NCBI GenBank assembly: GCA_947165285.1
Contig: CAMUZS010000002.1
Location: 26,302 to 90,301 of the forward strand
Source: an uncultured Mycoplasmatota bacterium
GTDB lineage: Bacteria > Bacillota_I > Bacilli_A > RF39 > UBA660
Length of the DNA stretch: 64,000 bases
Direction of reading: 5' to 3'
Every line of letters starts with the position of its first letter. Within the stretch, counting starts at the first letter, position 1. Both the position numbers and the translations under genes were made by a program. The notes beneath the pieces are model-generated. The model searched no databases and had not been told where the DNA came from. It worked only from the letters and a program-made list of their open reading frames with translations. Positions 57,567 through 64,000 of this stretch are shown here, in pieces.

Positions 57567-57938
57567 TTATAACACATTATTATTGCATTTTTTTATAATT
57601 TTTCTCATTCTTTTTTTATCTCTTTTATCAAATAAATACTTTTTATAACAGCATTTAATATTTTTAATATCAAAAAGTTTTTTTGGAAAATATATAATAG
57701 AATCCATTAACTCATTATCAATATATTCAATTCTAATATCTAAATAGGATAATAAAATATTATTAGAAAAAATCCCTTTTTCTACAAACATAATATAATC
57801 TCCACATTTATTATTTAATAAAGTATTACACATATTTGTATAATATGCTCTTTCATATAAATATTTAATATCATATTTATCATCTTCATTTATATTTAAT
57901 TCATCTATAAAATCTAGTACATCACCAAAATTATCCAT
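57567..57938 (-). CDS. Hypothetical protein (123 aa, Cys-containing, basic C-terminus)
   Basis: No recognisable motif. Confidence 0.4.
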   Translation of the reverse strand: MDNFGDVLDFIDELNINEDDKYDIKYLYERAYYTNMCNTLLNNKCGDYIMFVEKGIFSNNILLSYLDIRIEYIDNELMDSIIYFPKKLFDIKNIKCCYKKYLFDKRDKKRMRKIIKKCNNNVL

Positions 57939-58023
57939 ATACTAATCCTTTCAAAATATTAAATACTATATTATCATTACAATTTTTATGTGTCAATACA
58001 ACAAAAAAACTAGGAATACCTAG

Positions 58024-58269
58024 TTACATTTGTGATTTTAATATTCTAGTAAGGATAATAATCATTTCAGGATCAGTAACTGCTTTAACATAAACATCAG
58101 TTCCTTTAATCATTTCCTCTAAAATTTTAACCTTATTAGGAATAATGTCTTTATTATCATCAACACCCATTGCTAAGAAATATTTAATACCACCATACAT
58201 AGTTTCATTTAATAATACATATTTCTCATTACTAGCAAGGCTTATAATTGTATTAATATTTAATCCCAT
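58024..58269 (-). CDS. Small DUF1292-like protein
   Basis: 81 aa. ...EKYVLLNETMYGGIKYFLAMGVDDN...VKILEEMIKGTDVYVKAVTDPEMIIILT fits the DUF1292 pattern (YrzB-like). Confidence 0.4.
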   Translation of the reverse strand: MGLNINTIISLASNEKYVLLNETMYGGIKYFLAMGVDDNKDIIPNKVKILEEMIKGTDVYVKAVTDPEMIIILTRILKSQM

Positions 58270-58287
58270 TTTTATTCTCCTTTATAC

Positions 58288-59154
58288 TTAAGCAGCTTTT
58301 TTTCTGCCTTTACCTTTTTTCTCTTCTACTTCATTTTCTTCTTCTTTTGTGAAATCTTCAACATTATCTACATGAACAAAACCTTCATCAACATTTTGTG
58401 CGGATTCAATTTCGTCAACAGAATCTTCTTTTATATCTTCACTAGGAAATTCATTAGATTCTTGAATAGGAGTAATATCTTCAGAATATTCACTAACACT
58501 ATCATCTAGATTAGTTTCTTCAACAGGAGGTAATACAGCTTCTTCTACTGGAGCATATTCTTCCTTTGCTTCCTCTAATTCAGCTTTAGTTTCTTTAGCA
58601 TTATTTAACTCATCTTCTAAACCTTTAGCTAAATCTTCTAAACTATCTGTAACAATTTGAGTTGGTGCTTCTTCAATATCAACAACTTTATCTTCACTAT
58701 AATTATTTTCTTCAGAATTTTTAAATACTTCGAAATCATGATTAAGAATTGCTTGTGCTCTATCTAAAGTTTGTCCTCCAAGATTTAAATCATTATCAAT
58801 AATTTTAACTAAATCATTAGATAATTCATCATATGAATCAACACCTAGTGGATCTGTTAAATCTTTTTTAATACTTTCTAAATCTTCCATTTCAACTCTT
58901 AAATTATCAATTGCATTATTTAATTCATCAGTATCCTTTTGAACTTCAATTTGATTAGCAACACTTGAATATGCATGAGCATTTTTTAAATTACCAATAC
59001 GATATTCGCATATTTTTACTAAATGATCAACATCCTTTGCATAATATTCTTTAAAGCAATTGTTTAAAATATCAAGTTTCTTTTCTTGATCATTTAAAAG
59101 CATAATTTGTTTTTCTAAAGTATTTTTAATTTCTTCTATTCCCATATCTAACAC
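58288..59154 (-). CDS. Hypothetical acidic coiled-coil protein with basic C-terminal tail
   Basis: 288 aa. An N-terminal helical region; D/E-rich; ends KKGKGRKKAA. Confidence 0.45.
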   Translation of the reverse strand: MLDMGIEEIKNTLEKQIMLLNDQEKKLDILNNCFKEYYAKDVDHLVKICEYRIGNLKNAHAYSSVANQIEVQKDTDELNNAIDNLRVEMEDLESIKKDLTDPLGVDSYDELSNDLVKIIDNDLNLGGQTLDRAQAILNHDFEVFKNSEENNYSEDKVVDIEEAPTQIVTDSLEDLAKGLEDELNNAKETKAELEEAKEEYAPVEEAVLPPVEETNLDDSVSEYSEDITPIQESNEFPSEDIKEDSVDEIESAQNVDEGFVHVDNVEDFTKEEENEVEEKKGKGRKKAA

Positions 59155-59233
59155 CTATCCTATTATATACTATTAACATTTTATCATAGGAATTTTTAAT
59201 TTGCAATAAAAAATAAATAAAAAAGATTAGAAT

Positions 59234-59578
59234 TTAAACTAATTCTAATCTTACTTCTAAAGCGTCGTCTCCAACTCTTTCTTTTAATTTAATGATTCTT
59301 GTATAGCCACCATTTCTAGTTTCATATTTTTTAGCAAGTTCATCAAATATTTTTGATACAACTTTTTTATCATTATGTAAGAAAGCAAGTGCTTTTCTTC
59401 TTGAAACTAAAGTGCCCTTCTTACCATATGTAATCATTTTTTCTACATATTTTCTTGCTTCTTTAGCACGAGCATTTGTAGTAACTACATATCCGTTTTC
59501 TATAACAGTTTTAGTAAGACCTGCAAGAATACTTCTTCTAATTCTTGATTCTCTATTTAATTTTCTATAAATTGCCAT
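59234..59578 (-). CDS. rplQ: 50S ribosomal protein L17
   Basis: MAIYRKLNRESRIRRSIL...GGYTRIIKL matches the L17 consensus. Confidence 0.95.
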   Translation of the reverse strand: MAIYRKLNRESRIRRSILAGLTKTVIENGYVVTTNARAKEARKYVEKMITYGKKGTLVSRRKALAFLHNDKKVVSKIFDELAKKYETRNGGYTRIIKLKERVGDDALEVRLELV

Positions 59579-59593
59579 AATCTTACCTCCTTA

Positions 59594-60544
59594 CTAATCG
59601 TTAAATTTAAGACCCATCTCTTTAACTTTATCAATTACTTCTTTAAGAGATTTTTTACCTAAATTTCTAATCTTAGTTACTTCTACTTCTTTCTTATTAA
59701 TTAAATCTTGAACTGTATTTACTCCAGCTCTTTTTAAACAATTATATGCTCTTACAGAGAACTCAATTTCTTCAATAGGAGTTTCTAATGTTCTAGTAAT
59801 AGTATCTACTTTCTTTTCAGCCATCATACCAGAGATGTTAGAAATATTATTTAAATCAGATACAATATTTAAATGTTCAATTAAAATTTTTGCTGATAAT
59901 GCCATAGCTTCTTCAGGAGTCATAGCACCATTAGTATAAACATCCATTATTAATTTATCAAAATTTTCATTTTGTCCAACACGAGTTGGTTGTGGATCAA
60001 ATGCAACTCTTTCAATTGGAGAATAAATAGAATCAATTGCAATTACACCTGCTTGATCTCCAAATAATTTTTGATTTTGTTTAGAGTCAACATATCCTCT
60101 ACCATTACTTACAGTCATTTCCATTTCAATAGATCCACCTTTTACAAGGTTACAAATTACTAAATCAGGATTAATAATTTCTAAATCTGAATCACATTTA
60201 ATGTCTCCTGCTAAAACTGCTCCTTCTTTAGATGCAGTTAAAGTAACTTTTTTAACTTCATCTCTATCACTTGCATGATTTAAAATTACAACACTTTTTA
60301 GATTAAGAATAATTCCTGTTACATCTTCAACTATTCCATCTATTTTTTGAAATTCATGCATAACACCTGTAATTTTAACTGATGTTATTGCACTACCTGG
60401 AAGAGAAGAAAGCATAACTCTTCTTAATGCTGTACCTAAAGTTTGAGCATATCCTCTTTCTAAAGGTGCAAGTTCAAATCTTCCATAGTGATTATTTTCA
60501 ATGTATTCTGTTATTTTGTATTCTGGTTTTTCAAATTTTATCAT
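59594..60544 (-). CDS. rpoA: DNA-directed RNA polymerase alpha subunit
   Basis: The true start is MIKFEKPEY... An alpha-NTD and a C-terminal alpha-CTD (EFSVRAYNCLKRAGVNTVQDL). The ORF track adds an 18-codon upstream extension. Confidence 0.95.
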   Translation of the reverse strand: MIKFEKPEYKITEYIENNHYGRFELAPLERGYAQTLGTALRRVMLSSLPGSAITSVKITGVMHEFQKIDGIVEDVTGIILNLKSVVILNHASDRDEVKKVTLTASKEGAVLAGDIKCDSDLEIINPDLVICNLVKGGSIEMEMTVSNGRGYVDSKQNQKLFGDQAGVIAIDSIYSPIERVAFDPQPTRVGQNENFDKLIMDVYTNGAMTPEEAMALSAKILIEHLNIVSDLNNISNISGMMAEKKVDTITRTLETPIEEIEFSVRAYNCLKRAGVNTVQDLINKKEVEVTKIRNLGKKSLKEVIDKVKEMGLKFND

Positions 60545-60563
60545 ATCTCTACCCCATCTCTTT

Positions 60564-60950
60564 CTAAATTCTTGGTCTCTTTGGTGGACGACAACCATTA
60601 TGTGGAATTGGTGTTACATCAGTTATTGATGTAATTTCAAGTCCTGCAGTTGAAAGTGCACGAATAGCATTTTCTCTACCTTGACCCATACCTGTAATAA
60701 TAACTTCAACTTTTTTAACACCAGCTATATCCATAGCATTTTTAGCAGCAGCTTCTGCAGCCATACCAGCAGCATATGCTGTCTTTTTCTTAGAACCTTT
60801 ATATCCAATAGTTCCAGATGATGCCCATGCAATAGCATTACCATCTTTATCACTTATAGTAACTAAAGTATTATTAAAACTTGTAGTAATATGTGCTTGA
60901 GCTTCTGGAATATTTTTCTTAACTTTTCTTTTTCTTCTATTATAAGCCAT
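60564..60950 (-). CDS. rpsK: 30S ribosomal protein S11
   Basis: ...[16 protein letters not shown]...[11 protein letters not shown]... matches the S11 consensus. Confidence 0.95.
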   Translation of the reverse strand: MAYNRRKRKVKKNIPEAQAHITTSFNNTLVTISDKDGNAIAWASSGTIGYKGSKKKTAYAAGMAAEAAAKNAMDIAGVKKVEVIITGMGQGRENAIRALSTAGLEITSITDVTPIPHNGCRPPKRPRI

Positions 60951-60961
60951 ATTCTAACCTC

Positions 60962-61336
60962 CTATTTACCTGCTTTTTTCTTATTAGCAACAACTTTTCC
61001 TTTACCTTTTCTAGTTTTTGCATTTCTTGATGTTCTTTGTCCACGAACTGGTAAACCTTTTTTATGTCTAACACCTTGATAAGAATTGATTTCCATCTTA
61101 TTTTTAATGCTTAATTGTACATCACGTCTAAGATCTCCTTCAACTACATATTTATCAACTTGACTTCTTAATGCTGCAACTTCTGCATCAGTTAATTCAC
61201 TACATTTTTTAGTTCTTTCGACTTTTGCATCATCACATATAGTTTCTGCTAAATTTCTACCAATACCATATATTGCTGTTAAACCAATAACAATATGTTT
61301 ATTATTTGGTAATTCAATATTTTTAATACGTGCCAT
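60962..61336 (-). CDS. rpsM: 30S ribosomal protein S13
   Basis: MARI...IGLTAIYGIGR...GLPVRGQRT. Confidence 0.95.
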   Translation of the reverse strand: MARIKNIELPNNKHIVIGLTAIYGIGRNLAETICDDAKVERTKKCSELTDAEVAALRSQVDKYVVEGDLRRDVQLSIKNKMEINSYQGVRHKKGLPVRGQRTSRNAKTRKGKGKVVANKKKAGK

Positions 61337-61350
61337 ATTCTAACCTCCTA

Positions 61351-61706
<356 letters not shown>

Positions 61707-61708
61707 TT

Positions 61709-62455
61709 TTATTCTCCCGTCAATATTTCATAACCTGTTTCCGTAACTAGTACTGTATGTTCAAAGTGAGCAGATGGCTTTCCATCTTCTGTAACAATTG
61801 TCCAATCATCATCTAATAAACATACATGTTTTGTACCAAGATTAAGCATTGGTTCTATAGCAAATGTCATTCCAGCTTTCATAGTTAATCCAACACCTTC
61901 ATCTCCAAAGTTTGGAATATCAGGATCTTCATGTAATTTTGTACCTATACCATGTCCACATAACTCTTCAACAACACCTAATTTATGTCTATGAGCACAT
62001 TTTTCAATAGCATGAGATACATTTCCTAATTTTGCACCAGCTTTAACTTCTTTTAATCCTTCCATTAAAGCTTCCTTTGTATATTTTAACAAATCTTCTT
62101 TATCTTTTGTAATTGTTCCAACAGGATAGGTAGCAGCACTATCAGAATGATAACCTTTATAACTCATAGAAATATCTAAAGTTACAATATCACCATTTTT
62201 TAATTTTCTATTACTACCTATACCGTGAACAACTTCATCATTAACAGATATACATATATAACCTGGATATCCTTGATAATTTAAACTAGAGGAAATACAA
62301 TCATGTTCTTTCATAAATTTTCCAGCTAATTCATCAATTTCTTTTGTAGTAATTCCAGGTCTTAATTGACTTTCTAAATACTTGTGACATAAATAGTTAA
62401 TATGTCCTGAATGTCTCATTAATTCTATTTCTCTATCACTTTTAATACTAACCAT
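61709..62455 (-). CDS. map: Methionine aminopeptidase type I
   Basis: 248 aa with the pita-bread fold metal ligands (D..D..H..E..E). Confidence 0.9.
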   Translation of the reverse strand: MVSIKSDREIELMRHSGHINYLCHKYLESQLRPGITTKEIDELAGKFMKEHDCISSSLNYQGYPGYICISVNDEVVHGIGSNRKLKNGDIVTLDISMSYKGYHSDSAATYPVGTITKDKEDLLKYTKEALMEGLKEVKAGAKLGNVSHAIEKCAHRHKLGVVEELCGHGIGTKLHEDPDIPNFGDEGVGLTMKAGMTFAIEPMLNLGTKHVCLLDDDWTIVTEDGKPSAHFEHTVLVTETGYEILTGE

Positions 62456-63103
62456 TTATATTACTCCTTCAACACTATTATAAATATTATTAATATCTTG
62501 TTTAGCACTTATAGTAACTAATTTATATTTATCTTTATAATAGTCTAGAACTGGTTTTGTTTCATTCATATAATTATCAAATCTAATTTTAAATGTTTCT
62601 TCACTATCATCAGATCTAGTAATTAAAGAACAACCACAATTATCACAAATACCATCAATTTTAGGCTTTAATTCAGTTGAATACTTATTGTATCCTTTTT
62701 TACAATTAGGACAAGTTATTCTTCCTAATGTACGTTTTAACGCCTCATCAAAATCGATATCTAAATATATCACAGCATAATCAGTAATATTTAATTCATT
62801 AAATAAATCATCTAAAGTATTAGCTTGTGCTATATTTCTTGGAAAACCATCTAAAATAAATTTTTTTGATTTATCCATATTATCGATACATCTTTTTAAA
62901 AGTTCTAAAACTATTTCATCACTTACCAGCTTACCAGAATCCATCAACTCTGTAATAGTTTTAGCAATTTCATCATTATTATTTCTTGCATCTCTAAGTA
63001 AATCACCTGTTGAAATATGAATATATCCATATTTTTCAGTTAAGAAATTACTAACTGTTCCCTTGCCAGCAGCAGGGGGAGCTACAAAAATAATATTTTT
63101 CAT
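62456..63103 (-). CDS. adk: Adenylate kinase (with zinc-binding lid)
   Basis: P-loop GPPAAGKGT (here VAPPAAGKGT). The lid has CPNC...CDNC. Confidence 0.95.
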   Translation of the reverse strand: MKNIIFVAPPAAGKGTVSNFLTEKYGYIHISTGDLLRDARNNNDEIAKTITELMDSGKLVSDEIVLELLKRCIDNMDKSKKFILDGFPRNIAQANTLDDLFNELNITDYAVIYLDIDFDEALKRTLGRITCPNCKKGYNKYSTELKPKIDGICDNCGCSLITRSDDSEETFKIRFDNYMNETKPVLDYYKDKYKLVTISAKQDINNIYNSVEGVI

Positions 63104-64000
63104 CTTCTTCTATATCCCTTCTTATAACTTCTACTAATTAATGAGCTTTCAAATTGCTTATTAGTTTCAATAGCAACTCCAACTACAATTAATAAACCAG
63201 TACCTCCAATAGTTACAGAACTAGAAAGTCCTGAGAACTTAGAAAATAATATTGGAAGTATAGCTATAATAACTAATAGAATTGATCCGACAAAAGTAAC
63301 CCTTCCAAGTGTAGAAGAAATATACTTTTGAGTATCAGCACCAGGTCTTATACCAGGTATATATCCACCAGCCTTATTTAAGTTTTTACTCATTTCTTCA
63401 GGATTCATTTGTAACATTGTATAAAAATATCCAAAAAACATTATTAAAGCAATATACAAGATCATTCCTGTCCAAGAAGTATAATTAATATAGTTATTTA
63501 CAAAATTAATTGCATCTTGATTATTAATTAAATTTACAACAGTTACTGGAATAGTAATTAATGTTGAAGCAAAAATTACTGGAATAACATTTGCTGCATT
63601 TAATTTAATTGGTAAGAAAGATTGTTCTTTACCATATGCAACATTTGTTCTATTAGAATATTGAATAGGTATTCTTCGTTCAGCAATTTGAGTATATACA
63701 ACCCCAACAATAATTAATAAATAAATTAATATAAATAATATAAATAATATAATACCAACTGAATTTGTACTGTTTGCTACCAATTCAGTATATGCAGATG
63801 TAAATGTTGTAGGCATTGATCTAACAATACCAGCCATTATTAATAATGATGTACCATTACCAATTCCTTTTTGAGTGATTTGATCACCAATCCAAATAAG
63901 GAAACAAGTACCAGCAGTCATTACTAATGTTGTTTTTAATATTTCCGCTGATGTCATATTTTTCATATAAGCAATTGTTAATACATATGCTTGAACAAAT
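63100..64000 (-). CDS. secY: Preprotein translocase SecY, C-terminal portion (gene continues beyond window end)
   Basis: Multi-TM C-terminal region of SecY. Overlaps the adk start by 4 nt (ATGA). The N-terminus lies outside the window. Confidence 0.85.
   Translation of the reverse strand, partial: FVQAYVLTIAYMKNMTSAEILKTTLVMTAGTCFLIWIGDQITQKGIGNGTSLLIMAGIVRSMPTTFTSAYTELVANSTNSVGIILFILFILIYLLIIVGVVYTQIAERRIPIQYSNRTNVAYGKEQSFLPIKLNAANVIPVIFASTLITIPVTVVNLINNQDAINFVNNYINYTSWTGMILYIALIMFFGYFYTMLQMNPEEMSKNLNKAGGYIPGIRPGADTQKYISSTLGRVTFVGSILLVIIAILPILFSKFSGLSSSVTIGGTGLLIVVGVAIETNKQFESSLISRSYKKGYRRR

Overview
The window is a very AT-rich (about 25-28% GC by eye) stretch of a Gram-positive, probably spore-forming, anaerobic Firmicutes-type chromosome read with the standard genetic code. 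Coding density is high and almost all genes lie on the minus strand.

Conserved housekeeping content:
- The 3' end of the ribosomal-protein/secY cluster: secY (partial), adk, map, infA, rpmJ (not in the ORF track), rpsM, rpsK, rpoA, rplQ.
- pheS-pheT and proS, each behind a T-box leader that is readable in the sequence; also argS, a true glutamine-dependent asnB, tex, and secG-rnr-smpB.
- Pyruvate:ferredoxin oxidoreductase, rubrerythrin, and a tRNA-Gly(GCC).

The accessory content is where I would look for anything new:
1. A cell-envelope glycopolymer locus at about 21.8-29.7 kb: a TagO/WecA-type initiating transferase, an ABC exporter, a Cys-less AsnB-like amidotransferase, and two GT4 genes bracketing a radical-SAM/SPASM enzyme. 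An LCP ligase with a PASTA-like C-terminus lies at 16.3-18.4 kb, and a second GT4-GT4 fusion plus Cys-less AsnB-like pair lies directly downstream of proS.
2. A three-gene secreted-protein block at 12.3-16.2 kb: a TasA/camelysin-like protein with a SipW-cognate signal peptide, a cadherin-like surface protein, and an SH3b/putative glycosidase with a dockerin.
3. A strongly promoted pair of tandem small paralogues, convergent with an orphan ClpA/B-type D1-only AAA+ ATPase.
4. Two adjacent genes with mTERF-like helical repeats between secG and pheT.
5. An orphan large type IV pilin-like gene, a degenerate-GGDEF membrane protein, and an LtaS-like protein with a 100-aa Lys/Thr-rich tail.

I found no CRISPR array, rRNA, transposase or integrase, and no tmRNA next to smpB. 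All functional calls are made by eye from motifs, so every family assignment needs an HMM or structure search to confirm.
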